This document shows positions 13,840 to 29,717 of a stretch of 64,000 nucleotides of DNA, one piece after another (position 1 is the stretch's first letter; every line of letters starts with the position of its first letter). The translations under genes were made by a program, and so were the position numbers. Source of the DNA: Sphagnum compactum. Lineage: Eukaryota. Under the pieces are notes generated by a model. It saw only the letters and a list, made by a program, of their open reading frames with translations, was not told the DNA's origin and searched no databases. Location of the stretch: contig OZ234493.1 in assembly GCA_965153455.1 (NCBI GenBank), positions 3,782,001 to 3,846,000 on the forward strand. Direction: 5' to 3'.

Positions 13840-14690
13840 AAAATCCAAGAATTTGTTGGCAATATTGCATTTGAATAAACCCAATCATGCACATCTATTG
13901 GTAAAAACCCCATGCAACATTCACAATCATTTACAAATGGTTCTCACTGTGTTTATAATATAATCAAATTTCACAATATGCCCATTCTTTAGTTTTTAAA
14001 TGCACATGATCAAGATATTTCATTGAAGTCAACACCACAAGCTTAGGCATCTGAAATATGATCCACAACATGTAAGGTGGAACAATTGGTGTAATTTTGC
14101 AAAGATGTCTTGGCTAGTAGCTAGGTTTGTCCATTTACATCATAAATTGAGGGTATATGAACCAAATGTAACTGCATCAATAATCATTGGTGACTTAATG
14201 TTTAGACACACCATTTGTGTAACATCTTCATGTCGTTCGGGACCTAATTGGGTACATTTCCAAAAAATTACCTTATTGGCATGTTAAGCAATGTTATCAC
14301 CAGCAACAAAATAACCATATAAGCAACCCCCATAAAAGCTTTCATCTTAAATTGACCTTGTCATGTTTCTATTTGTGAATGACCTTTGACAATGCCATCT
14401 TGTCGTGAAGTCAATTTTCCCTACTCTATGGAAGTCTTCAACTCCTATGGGAGAAGCATCTTTGTAAGTAATCAAAACATGCAACGTCAAATTGCAATGC
14501 TTGGGAACTCATGTGAAAATCAAACATGTAACCACATTATGTGGTGTTTCATTGTTAGGTTGGCAAATTGTTGTTGCCAACATACACATATTATACATAT
14601 TAACAACCCATTCTATAGCATAACAAGTTCAATGGCTAATCTTACAATAATTTCCACAAATAATTGGGCCACTATTAAGGGTCTTGTAAT
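13840..14690 (-). pseudogene. Highly decayed C5 DNA methyltransferase domain of a second DNMT-carrying retroelement
   Basis: Minus-strand translation (with stops and frameshifts) gives collinear blocks MKHHIMWLHV*FSHEFPSIAI, RVGKIDFTTRWHCQ-GHSQ, FLE/NVP, PMIIDAVTFGSY....KWTNL, VVDHISD, SCAFKN, EPFVNDCECCMGF, QQILG. Each matches the DNMT at 41010-41965 in the same order. Confidence 0.75.
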
Positions 14691-14989
14691 AGCTTTTGTG
14701 GTGGGGGTTGATTTCTTAGGCTTGCCGACAAATGTATATCAACCCTTAATACTAATGTTTGGAATTATAAAATGAAACTATTCACACCAATCCAAGATGG
14801 TACTGGACATTTGTTCCGCCCATATTAATATTCATGATTAGGAATCAAATGGTGGTGGTGTGTGCAAAGCAAAAAAACTGTTTTCTAACGTCATGTGGTC
14901 AATTACCAACAATTCCAACGTCACAATACATCCATACATTTCTTCTTTGGTAAATATTGTTACCAAATTATGAAAATTAATTGTACCTT

Positions 14990-15300
14990 CTCTTTATGGC
15001 CATCCTTAGAATACTAGCTAGGCTTAAACTAGGGTTTTATTGAAGTATCATGCCCAAATCCTATGGGGTAGAATGTCATAGGTATGAACATTTCATAACA
15101 ATGATAGTGTATGTGATTTTAACCACCAAGTTTTGTAATTGTAGCACATGGATTTAGTGGGGTCATTTTGTCATTCATTATACTTAATAAGGTTACAAGA
15201 TTGAAAGACCATAGTCCATATCTCATATTGCCCAACTCATTCACTAATCACCTATAACCATGACACGTTATGTTCAATTGTCAACCAACATTGTTGAAAG
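14990..15300 (-). pseudogene. Decayed retroviral-type aspartic protease of the same second element
   Basis: MLVDN*T*RVMV (cf. VLFDYGVQPLML) and YEMFIPMTFYPIGFGHD...KPS*YSKDGHK (cf. YDVLIG-VVLYPLRVTINFW...HLGW*T*ISHK), upstream of the DNMT as in the main element. Confidence 0.55.
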
Positions 15301-16514
15301 AACATTCATCCTATAGATCATATAATTTTAATGAAATGCATTAAAAAATATGATTGACATTAACCAAACAAATTACATGTTTCATTTAATTTGCTAATGT
15401 TAAATAATTCTAGATCCTTGTTGACACACTAGCCAAATAAGTCATTGTATTTCCATTAAGAACATTATCAAGTGGGTTAAATGAATGTCCATACAAAACA
15501 AATGAATTGTCATTTGTTATTTTGGATGAAGCAACATCCTTGTTCTAGCCCTTCCATGCAAATAAAAGTTTTTATTATAGTTGTGGGGTGTTCTTAAGTC
15601 ACATCTTCATTTTACAATGTTGGCAAGATCATTTTTTCATATTGTTGTGACATGGCTAGTTGGATGGACTAGCAAAGTAGCCTTGCCATGTATAATCTTG
15701 TCACCATAAAATATAAAATAACACATCAAGGTTGCCATGAATTGTAATTGTTTAGATTTCAAGAACTTGCAACACCTTGGGATGGGAGGTCTTGACCACC
15801 TCATTGCCAATTGCGTTGAATCGCATCATGATGGGCTACATTAGTGATTTTTCCTTCTAGCATTGTCACATTAAACATGTCAAAAGTTAACGGTATCCTT
15901 CATTGTCCAACATTATCAATAGGTCCTTGATGTCTAGTTTTTTCTTAAAACTTACAATTCAATGCTAACAACTGGTTAATTAAGCTTATTGGTGTTTTGG
16001 TTGAAACAGTTAATATTAATTACGTGGGTGTCATTCTCTTTAAACAATTAATTATATCTACAACCTCCCCTAATGATAGTTTGTTTTAGGTGGTGGCATT
16101 TGGTGCACCAAATAGATGTTATTGAAATGCTTTGAGTTGATGTTTGTTTCTAAAATATTTAATTTATTCAAACCTTTGTTATTTGTGCATCCTTAGTAAC
16201 TAATGCCCCTACAAGAGGATGAATCAAAGTTGTTAAGTGTAATCTAAATGAATGGGATCATAGAATAGGGTCCTTGACTAGGCCTTAATGTGCCCATACA
16301 TCCACATAGTGGTTACAAACACTTTCAATCGTAAGTGGTATTGGTGACTTTAGAAATTATAATGTTTGGTTTTGTTTACATTTACTACCCATTCAATTAG
16401 GTCAATCAACTCTTTATGAAGGTGGATTTGCCTAGTATTAACAAGTAATTGCAAGTTATGGTGTGCCTAAATGTACATCACATGGTTTTTGTTTGGTATT
16501 GCTAGTGATTAAAA

Positions 16515-16695
16515 TGGTGAACGATATTAATTGTAGTACCCCTTGCTTTTTCTTTTAAAAATGTATCAATTTCATTGTATTTTTTGGCAGTATATCCATG
16601 CATAACAACTAAAGCCATTATAATGGTTGTTGTTAAAGTAGATTTTCCATGATCTACATGCATGATTGCTTGAATATTTACATGAGGTCGTAATA
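16515..16695 (-). pseudogene. tufA: Elongation factor Tu (bacterial/plastid type) N-terminal fragment
   Basis: [55 protein letters not shown] aligns to EF-Tu [27 protein letters not shown]......AKKYDEID..PEEKARGITIN (G1 and G2 boxes). Truncated and AT-rich. Confidence 0.85.
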
Positions 16696-19600
16696 TTAAG
16701 TTATATTCCCTTTCAGAGCCTAGTCGTAATTTTGTAACCCAATCCCAATTGATTGACCAAATGGCATAAATGAAATGGTTGGAAACAATGAGAAGTGTTG
16801 AGGATGATCCGTTCATAAATAGCTTATGGTATTATCCCAATTGTTCATTAATTTTATTTTTTTGTGATATTCCAAAATGATAATGATTTTTACCAAGAGT
16901 AATGTTCTATTGATATGCCCTTGTTGAATCACAATCAAGTTGTGTGTATAAAGCACATGAAATGGTTTTTAAGATCGCAACATTATTTGTCGTGAAACTT
17001 GTGAATGAACTTTAAACCTTTTGTTGTTACAAAGGATTTGTATACATTTTGTTCTTCAAATCTAGTATGGCTTACTTAACTAAAATAGTGTTTTAAGATT
17101 TCATCAAAAACAATATTAGTGTAATGAACTTTTGAAAACTTTAAAATTGTGAGATATTAAAAATCTTGACACAATTTTTGCAATCTTGTCAATTCAATAA
17201 GCTTTCTATTACATAAGGAAATTTTTAGTTTTTTTTTTTTTGGGAAATAAATTTAGGTGATTCAATTGTGATGAAAAGAGGATGGTGCTAGTGGGGCATA
17301 TGTTTTTAGCACAAAAATTTTGCGAAATTTTGATTCTTCATGTGGGCAAAAAATGAACCATGATGTAAATACCTTAACAATCTCCCCCTTTCAATGACTA
17401 TCCCCTTCATAACACCTTGAAGAATTGGATGTTTATTTCAATGTCAGGTGGATATCACAATTTTTTTATATCCATTGATTCTGGTTTTCAAAATAAGATT
17501 TGAGAACTGGGTTGGATCTTTTGTTTTCTTTTTTTTTTTCATTCAAAATATCTAACAAGGATATAATTTTTATTAAAAAATTGTAATTGATGAGAAGGGC
17601 TACATCAAAGTGAAATGAATTCTTGGGATTCAACTCCCATTTGGGAATCTTGAAATTGCCAATTTAATACTCATTAGACATGTTATTTTTTGAACTCATA
17701 ATTTCGTTATATGAATTCCAATTTGAAAGCTTTTAAAGGAGAATTTAAAGTTGTTGAAAAAAAAATTCCAATTATGTGTCACATGTTTCAATCATGTTTT
17801 GATTCCTCTATCACACATTTTATTCATTAGGATTCAACTTTTAGTTTGACTCCCAACATTATGAAAGAATGGGGTGATTTGCAATTCAATTTGGAACAAA
17901 GTATCTTATATGGAGAAAATAACGCAATGAATCATGTGAAAAGGTTTCTTGGGACTTCATCCATGCACCACTTTTGTTTCAATTTGCACTAACCACCTTT
18001 CTTGGTTTGTACAAATTGATTTCATTTTGAATTCAACTTTGATGAGCTCATTTTAGTCCCTTCTTGAAACTCCCACACCCTTTTTTTCTTTGTGGGAGTT
18101 CAAATACATTCCCTAGGTTTGCATTTCATTCAAGAATCAACATGTTCTTTACCCTCAATACCACTTGACAAACATAGGGGCCCATCATGTATAGGTATCA
18201 ATAATTTTCATGAACCCAATCCAATAAACTTAAACTGAACTTAATTTCATAATGATAGTTACATGTCATTATGAATGTTTAACTATTATAAGTCAATTAC
18301 ATGTGTGGTAATGTTTTGACAACTTTAGTTTAAATTTCCAAAAGACTAAAGGTTTCAAAAGTCATGTTGTCTTAGTTTGTGATATGGAGGAAAAGTCAAC
18401 ATTAAAATACATTTTCACATTTTTAGTTCACAAGAAAACTTTTTTTTTTGGGGAAGAGATAAATTAGTTCACTTGGCCAAACTTCCCATGAAACTTGTTT
18501 TCACTTTGGAGTGTTGTGCTTTGTGAAAAGCACCTTAAAACCAAAGTATTGGAATTTGGTATTGGCCTTTCAACTTCTTTGAAGAAAAAATGTGCATATT
18601 GAAATCAATGATTTTTTGGATAATTTTTTTACTTTTCAACAACACAAGGAAAAATGTTTTTTTTTTCTGACATAAATTTGAGATTCTTTTAAATGAATTT
18701 TTTATATCACTAAGTTGAAAAAATAAACATGTCTGAAATGAAATCCAGTTTATTCACAAATTTTGATTAAAATAAAGTTAAACACAATTTTAAAAGTTAA
18801 TTCATTCTTCCAAGCCCATTCCTTTGGCTACGGATTCATTGAATAGACAATAAGTATATAAGTAAAAGATTACTAATAATTCATGAATGCACATCTAACT
18901 AAATGATGAGGAACTCGGCAACTTTCAACAAGTCATTATTGTACCAATCATTTTACATGTGTTTGGTCAAAGAAAAATTGTTTTAAAGTTCAAAGCATTA
19001 GGTGAAAAAATTGAATTGTGGCAACATGCACTATTTTAGTTAAATAATTTAATTCTTTATTACACAAATATCTTAATAGGTTTTGATGAGTTACATGTTG
19101 TTGAATAACCTATATCCAAATAAAAATATATATGTCAATAATTAAATTAATAAATTTAATATACTTAAGTCATACTTATTTGTTTGCAAGGCCCTCTTCA
19201 TCAAAACATTTAAATAGGAATTCATAAACCGATAAATAATGTAACTTGTATATGTGTGTTGATAAAACATTTGTTCACAACTATTGAGGATGCAATATTG
19301 GATTCACCCATGGGCAATACTCATGTATCATCCATTAGCAAAATTTCCAACCTAATTTTTCAAAAGAAGACAAGTTGAAGAATTATACATGTGTATAATG
19401 CGTGAAATTAATAATATGCGTGTTAATTAATGATAGGTGTGGAGATTGATCCAACTATAAGAAATGGAAAACAAAGGTGTTGATCAATATTGTACTAGCT
19501 TGACATATTTGACAATAATTAATTATTAAAAAATCAATGATTTAAAAAAAAAAATGGTTTAGTGCCAAAATCTTGAAAATAACTTTTAATAATTTACTTG

Positions 19601-22169
19601 GAAATAAGTTACCTTGACAATCAAAATGATTATCAAATAATACATTTGCCAAATATTCTAACAAATTTCTTCAATTTTGTTGATTTTGTATTTGAAAAAT
19701 AATTAAATATTCAATCTACCATGCTATAAGTAGCCATCTTCCTTCTCTCTTTCCCTTTGTTTATCAAATTCCAAGGCTACATAATATGTAAGTGTGGGAC
19801 AATGCACAATGGACGATGACAACTTTCAAGATTGCTCCAAACATATACAAAGGTTGTATGTTATGGAGTGGGAAATCATGAGTTGCCATGCTATATATAC
19901 ATATATAATGGTTCAAGTTGGGTATGGTTATTTAATAATAAAAAACATATAAAATAATGTATATCCACACAACTAACAAACACCACACAATATCATCACC
20001 ATTTCATATATGTACTTACTTGTGTTGTCATGTATACATGGGTAGACTATAATATTAACACCAATATGAGCCTTAGTATTAGAAAAAATATGAATTTAAT
20101 ACAAGGTCTTATCAATACCCATGTTCATAACATACTTGCACTTATTTAAACCTTGGTTCATTGTTAAGGAACAAAATTACTTGAAGAAAAGGGCCAACTG
20201 AAATAGTTGACATAGTGCATAGAAGATAACCAATCTAAAGATAGTCAAAGATAATTGAATTAAGGATAACCAAAGATAGATTACAAAAGAAAGGATAGTC
20301 AATGGATCCTTACTAAGCCCAAAAGGTAATTACATTAATTATAAATGCTTCAAGTTCGAGGAGTATAAAAAGGGTGGAACTAATAAGGAGGGGCTTCTTT
20401 TTTAATGGTGTATTTTATCTTCCTATCTTCATGATTGATGCAAAGTGTGTATATGTGTGTTTGTTTGTCTCTAATTGTTTTAATTGCAATGGAAATGGTC
20501 TAATGTCTTGTAAATCATATTTACAAAACATTAAAATGAACTGAAAATGGTTAATGGCAATAATAACGGCACATTTGTAGGAGAAGGGATTGGTATTCGA
20601 AGTCAAATCTAGATCATCTACATGAAAGTATAGTGTAGAGGTATAGGATACATCTCCAATAATGAAAATTGCCTTATTTACTCCAACACACGGTGTTTGG
20701 GTTAATAAATGGGCAAGAACCCAATAATGATAAAATTTTAGTTAAATTTGTAAAACTTTATTGTTAATGATCATAACATACCAAATCGTTTTTTGCATCT
20801 ATTATACTATGATTGATATTTAAACTTGGGATTTTTCGTAATGTTACACCAAGTGGTTTGGAATATTACCTCTAAAAGCTTTCATTTGTAAGGCACACAT
20901 GGGTCCATGGTATGGTTCATTAGGTTTAGGTAATGAAGAAAGGAGGGGAAGTTCGAAAATGCAAAATGTTGTACCCTGGTAATGAAAATGGAGATTGGAG
21001 TTGCAAAGCAAAAACATTTTGGGAAATGTGTTATATGTTTTGTAATGGCAATGTCAAATGGTGTTCAAGTGTTCACATAAAGGTGCAGGCTTCCTCACAT
21101 TAATTGTTCTTATTTGAATGTTAGTTTAGTTGTTTAATGTTCACAAGTTGTTAGGGCTAAAACTATATTCTATAGCACAAACAAATCACAAAATGAACTT
21201 GGGAAAGACACTTCCAAATTGTGTGTAAAAAAATTGGGTGCAATTGATTGAAAATATTATTTTAATTTACTTAAATGAAAATAGGGCACATTTCAATTGG
21301 TTACACGCAATCATGTGTCCTTGTGCAATTTTTTAAAAGTACACATGATGGTTAATTTCAATAATTTGATTAGTTCATCACTACCCTTGTGGTCATTGCC
21401 GATTTGTTTTATGGATTTAACTATTGATGATTTGCAACTACAATAAACTTAACATTGAATTGTTTTGGGTTTTTGGTTTTAATACATGATTAACATTCAA
21501 CAATAGAAAATCGATGTGCCTAAAAATTGGTGGCATTGTTGCATGTTGAACGTGTGAAAAAAACATTTGGAAAAATATAAAGTCCAAATTAGTTGTAAAC
21601 AACACTTTTAATCATGTCAAACAAGTTGCAAGATGGAGTATTTCTATTAGTGAGTGTTGTTGTTTGCATTGGAAGCCAACAAAAGGTATTGGGTGCATTT
21701 CTACAAACAAAATGCATATTGGGCTTTCTTTTTGCTACATGAAAAAAATATGGCACCTTATGTGGATGCAATCCAAATGATGAGGAGCATTATTTGTCAC
21801 CATGAATCAAATAATTGTGATAGTTCTACATCAAGTTCCCATAACACCACATGCTCCGAAAGGGAATTGTTCAATATAATCCCTCATATAATAACACTAA
21901 TATGAAAAGAAATGGATGCATGAACATTTTGGAAGGTTGTCAAAATACAAGGCCATTGTGAAGGAGGTTAAAGATGGGGATGGTGGAGGTTGGTAGAAGT
22001 GTGAAAAGCGGAAGACCATCACACCATTGGCAATAACAATTGATGTAAACAAGTATATGAAAATATGATGAAAATACAATTGTAATTGGATTTTTTATAA
22101 ATGGATAGAGCACTAATATGTATCAATGTGTTTTAAATTTTCTCGTATCATAATCATAATCTATCAAAA

Positions 22170-22800
22170 TTCTCATATAAAAATATGTTGAAAGTTTTGA
22201 AAACCCATTAGTTTAAAACATATTTTTCATCCATTTTTCTTATATTAAAAATTTTCACATTTTATGTGTAGCTTACCATAAATTCAATGGAGTGCACCAT
22301 TGCATCATAATGAAAATTAAGGAAGTTTTGAATTGGCTTTTTCATGTTTATGCCATAAATGTGACTATGGCTACATATGTGACTATTTTTTGGCATATTT
22401 TACCATGCTTTCACCCAAAGCAATTTTTTTTCCATCATTGAGTTTTGATGCAAAGTCACTTTTACTTTGGTGGAAGGAACACATTAGATTGTATCTGAAT
22501 GTGGCCTTTCTTGCTTAGATAAATCTTCAGAATCTTTGCTTCACAATTATTTTAAAAAAAAATAAATCTATGGTTGGAATCTTGACTAGTTTACATCGTT
22601 GTAAATTTTGGTTCACAAACTTGAATGCTTTGATCATGACATACAAAAATTGGCCAAAAGATGCATGAGTTGATTGTCATTTTGTAAAGAAAGATGTTGA
22701 CGAGCTCTTTACTAATCTTTCATTTGTAGAATGTGCAAACCTTTTTCAAGCCCATTAGGAAGAATTGGACCAATTTGACTACTTTGAAGAGGATTTGTAA
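22170..22800 (+). mobile_element. Decayed hAT transposase, C-terminal dimerisation domain
   Basis: KSLLLWWKEHIRLYLNVAFLA*I...SMVGILTSLHRCKF..TNLNALIMTYKNWPKD resembles the hATC pattern PL.WWK.H...FP.V.FLARQIL...ER.FS..GIL...RR.RL...NL..LI...KNWP. Confidence 0.75.
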
Positions 22801-23749
22801 TTGCCATATTATATTCCTTGTAGATTGCATGGATTTAATTTAAACTTCTCTTTACTAGAAAAAATTCTACCAAGATTCTACCTTCATGCTAGCTTGTGTG
22901 TCAAACTTCAAACTATTTGGATTTTACAAATGGTTTCAACTTTCAATCAAGTTTCAACTTTAAACTTGACCATGTATGCATCATGTGATGTACCACAAGC
23001 TTTTGATATCTAGCAATTGACATCATTCTCATGTTAGTTGTGTTTGTGCATGATTCAATGTGCAATTGGTGCCAATGTTTGTTGTTTGTGTTAATTCAAT
23101 TGTGAAATATATATGTTAGGCATGTTTCAAGTTTCAAGTTTTTCTAACTATCATGAAAACATACTAGAGTTCTAGTTGATACCCCATGGTATCAACTTTT
23201 TCAAAACAAGATTTGTACCAAATCTATATGCAATTTCATGTTTTAGGTTTTGATACCAATTTCATACCTAGTCTAGGCACTTCAGTTACATACCTAGACC
23301 AAATTCATACCTCCCTTCCATGATACTAAACATACTAGGACCAATTTGTTATGTGTAAAATTCCAAGACTCACGCAACACTCTCATGCACCTTGATGTCT
23401 AACACCAAAGACAAGTTCTTTGTTGGCTTGCCCAAATTGAATAAACTTTGCATCCATGTAGGGTTTGAGATCTAATTTTGACTCAAACTAGGAATTAATT
23501 TGTAGGTGATGGTTGGAGACCTGGGTGTATTCTTTAGGTTTTTTTTTTTTTCCGAAATTACCTAATCATGTTATAGGGTTTTATTATTTCTTATGATTTA
23601 GTTTGAACCCATTTTCATTGGAACTGGGACCAATGTGCAAGTAATAGTTGTTGGAGACGTTTGTACTCTAGAGATTGCTTTTTGATCAAATTCAACTTTG
23701 CATTGAAATGACCTAAGCATGTTACATGGATTCCATCCTCTCCCATTAT

Positions 23750-24070
23750 TTTGTTGGCCTTGCTCACCAAGGCAAGGATGTATTGTGTTCGGATTCATTA
23801 TAGAGTATAGTAGCTTAAGGGATTTTGGCCCCTAGGTAATAATAGGTCTATTTTTTATATGAGGATTTTTGAAAGATGATATTTTGGCATGAGTTGAAAC
23901 TTGAGATTAGTTATAGAGTTATAATATCTTCAAGGATTTTGGTTTCTTTTTAGAGGATTTTCTTGAAGATCATATATTTGCATGGTGAAATATTTGAATT
24001 TCCATAACTCTTCTTTTGCCTCAAGATACTTGTTAATGTAAAATGGCAAGGCCACAAATGTGACACACCC
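23750..24070 (-). mobile_element. ~320-bp dispersed non-autonomous element, copy 1
   Basis: Reverse complement of 29397-29717 along its length; ends TTGGCCTTGCTCACCAAGGCAAGG and GGCAAGGCCACAAATGTGACACACCC. Confidence 0.8.
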
Positions 24071-25695
24071 CTTGTTTGAAGTTTAGGGTTTTAGGGTTTA
24101 GAACCTGCTGTAAAGGGCAAGGCTATTTATTCATTACACAAGGAGCTGTTTGGTGGCTGAGAGGGAGAATGACATGGAATAACTTGATAAACCTAAGGAT
24201 GGTGGAATCAAGGGTTTAGGGTTTAGAGATAAGTTGCAAAAGAAGAACATTTAGCCCCTAGGAAATGATATTTCCATTAGTGCCCCTGGCATATTCAGGT
24301 TCATTCATTGATGTAGAAACATTAATGAAGGGTGACAAAATTCATAGCATTTCTTTCATTTTGTGCAGACCATTGTGTTGTTTTGCAGTACTAGTTTTAA
24401 TGGCTGGAAAATGGGCAGCAGCTGTAAACCCTAGTACAAACTTGGACTGTTGTGAGAAACAAGTATTCATTCAATTTCTTAAGTTTTACTCATTGAATTC
24501 AATCAATAGCAGTCAGACTTTTGCTGGAAAAAAAAAACAAAAAAAAACAAAAAATTTAAAAATAAACCAAGTACTGGGTCTCTCCCATGACTGGCAAAAT
24601 TTTCAGCTACAAAACTTTTGATTAATATTTTTTTTCTTTTTTGCTAGGAGAGGAGAAACCCCAGACGGGGAGGGAGGCAGCAGCCCCATCATCATTCAAT
24701 AATTAAATTGGTGAAACTTTTTTTTTTTTTTTTTTTTTGGCTAGATATAAGTAGATAGATTTGGATATTGAATTATAGATTTGGGAAAAAAAAAAAAAAA
24801 AAACTTGGGCAAGTTCTAAACTTTTTTTTTTCTCATCTGATGAGGTTGTTAGTGACTAAAATCATCATGAAAGAAACAAGGTTTATTTCTAGATCTCAAG
24901 ACCCCAACCTCCATTTGAAAGAAAAATTGATGGGTACCCTAAACCCTAAACCCTCATCAAATCCATACTCAAACCTATAAATCAAAGCTTAGATTCAAAT
25001 CCTCATTTCATGCATATATACATGCATAGTATGCTATACCACACCTTACATATGTACCCACCAATGAATTTCCATTTTGGAAGTGATCTGGAGTTACAAT
25101 TCAAGTTTCTTGTTGTTGATGTTCATATGAGCTATACCTAGCTACAAACTTTTGATTGCAAGCAAATTATTGGCAATGCTTTAGTTTCTTGTGGGGAGAG
25201 GGGTGGGGGGGGGGGGGGAGGGGGGGATTTTATAAGGACAGAAAAATAATAGTAATAACAATTAATGCCCTTTTTACTTACTTGTATCCTAATTCAAAAA
25301 ATAAAGATTTTTGCTGTATTGAGCCAAAAACATTAAAAGCCCAATCTAAAATAAGTGATGTATCACTTGTAAAGATGTGAAAGGAACCATAAACCTTGAA
25401 AGAAAAATTAGTGCAAAGTTGATTTTTGCATTGCCACTAGTATAGTGTCCTTGGGAGTGTTTTTTGGAAGGAAAAGATAAAGGAAAAAAAAGAATTAGCA
25501 AAGCTAGTAGTAGAAATGTTGGCTGAGCTAGATTTGTGATTTTGGATGATTTAATGGGTTTAGGTCGATGACCACCAAATGTGAGGCGTGCAATGGATGA
25601 AATCTGAAGAGAATTCGTGGAAAGAGCGAGCGAGGAGTTGCTTGTCGACGGCTAGGGTTCAGGGTTTTAGGGTTTGTTACTAGATTTGTGGTTGC

Positions 25696-27614
<1,919 letters not shown>

Positions 27615-28488
27615 TGTGCCGCAAACGTGGCTGATCTGCTTCGATGATCTGTTGTTCCTCATCAAGCTGTGCAAGCTGCAAGCTGCTGTACACGAAGAAT
27701 GTAGCCCAAAAAAACTCACTTCTCGCCCTAGCTACTAGCTACTGCTCCACCACGTACACTTCAGCTCCTGCTTTACAATATCATTGCAACAGCCACCACA
27801 ACAACAAGCTCACTCATGCATGCACACCTTACTTCCAAAGGGACCAGAGCTTCAAAACAACATCCTGCAGCAGCAGCAGCAGCAAGGATCACCCTCAGAC
27901 TCTCTTTCACAAATGGAATAAGAAGCTGAAAGCTGTGTGCTAATAATGTTACTCAAAAACCAAACTACAAAAGCAGACTTCTTCTTCTGACTTCTTCTTC
28001 TTCTTCTTCCTTGCTAGCAATGTATGTACATAGTGGAGTTTAAAGAAGTTTGGAGGGAAGGGAAGAAGCCAATTGCTGGATGGCCAATATTATTGTCACT
28101 TTCACTGAATGAAAACCAAAGTACCCAACAATATAAATTATTATTTTAATTTTAAAAATACTTGAAATTAATTTAAATTTTTTTAAAGGATCAAATTTTA
28201 AAATACAAAAAAAATACAAATAAATTTTTTATTTTTTTAATTTTGTTTTTCATTAAAAAAACCTACCTAATTAATGTTTTACTAAGTAGTTCTGGTATAC
28301 CTAAAAAGTCGGATGCCAACCAGACCTGAGCAGACACACAGCATGTGGTAAGTTAGTATGAGGAAATACTAAAGAAATTTCCTCCTCCTCATGCCAATAA
28401 ATTGCATTTATGGAACATGCTGCCAAAAATAAATATAAATAAATAAATAAATAAATAAAATAAGGAAGTGATGACAAACCCCCTTGTA

Positions 28489-28710
28489 CCAGTGTGGTCA
28501 GTTACCCGGTTTGGCTAGTTACAAATGGGTCTGAAACCAGTGTGGGTTAACCAGCAGTTAACCACCGATTTCAGACCGAGTTACTTGAAACCCAAGAACC
28601 GGGCCGGACTTCCAGAACCGGAACTGAAACCTGAATTATCGGTTATTAAAAAGTGTTAAGAACCGGACCCGAACTGCTTCCTAAAAGCTGGAAAGAACCG
28701 CCAACACTGG
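28489..28710. mobile_element. Probable hAT-type MITE upstream of the peroxidase
   Basis: Short TIR CCAGTGT...ACACTGG with repeated GAACCGG/CCGGTT motifs; 8-bp TSD not clean. Confidence 0.5.
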
Positions 28711-29396
28711 GTTGGTACTTCTTGTCGTCGTCGTCATCATCATCATCACAGGGGTGGGGGAAGACTTGGGAAACCCTAGATCGTTAAATTTGGAGGTATG
28801 ATGATGAAGAGGCAAAGTTGCATTGATGCGGAAGCAGCTGCAGATACTTTACTTACTTACTTACACAGAGAATCACTGAGTAGTAGTGATGCATTGCCGG
28901 ATGGTTGGATGGATGGATGCAGCGGCTGCTGATGGGGAGTAGTAGTAGGTGGTGAATAATATGTGATCATAATAAATGGGAAGAGAGATCAATCAGGAGG
29001 TGGGGAAGAAGGGGGTCTCATCAGGAGGCAGGAGTCAGGAGGAAGACTCTCAGGAGGGGAGGGGTGGTGGAGAGTGAAACTAGTGGAGAGTGAATGCTGC
29101 TGCAGCAACTGCAGGACTGATTGCTTGCTTGCTTGCTGCAACAGTCACTTGCAGGTTCAAAAAAACACTGATCTGACTAGGCTAAGCTAGAAGGCTCGTG
29201 TGTGTGTGTGTTTTGTGTGGCAGTACGTAGACATCTAGTGCGGTTATTTGATTTTTTAATAACCGGAAGTATCAGTTCGTCCCAAAAAACATTGGAATCA
29301 AAGACCCATCGGTTCCTTTTTTTTGGGCGGGGGGGGGGCGGAGGGAAAGTCAGAATCGGAGGATCATTGGGTTTGGTTATTTCAGAAGCCTCACAT

Positions 29397-29717
29397 GGGT
29401 GTCACACTGTGGCCTTGCCATTTACTTCAACAAGTCTGTTCAGGCAAAAGAAGAATTATAGAGATTCAAATATTTCACCAATGCAAGAATCTAATCTTCA
29501 AAAAAACCCTCTAAAAGAAACCAAAATCCTTCAAGATATCATATTAACTCTCTATAACTAATCCCAAGTTTCAACACAAGCCAACATATCATCTTTCAAA
29601 AATCCTAATATAAAAATAGATCTACTACGTAGGGGCCAAAAAAATCCTTTAAGCTACAATACTCTATAATGAACCTAAAACACAATATCCTTGCCTTGGT
29701 AGGCAAAGGCCAATAAA
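29397..29717 (+). mobile_element. ~320-bp dispersed non-autonomous element, copy 2
   Basis: GGGTGTCACACTGTGGCCTTGCCATTT...CCTTGCCTTGGTAGGCAAAGGCCAATAAA; four copies in the window. Confidence 0.82.

Noticed and set aside
20162-20572. Possible solo LTR (TGTT start, TATAAAA box)
   Set aside because: Could not identify a matching CA end with a TSD.
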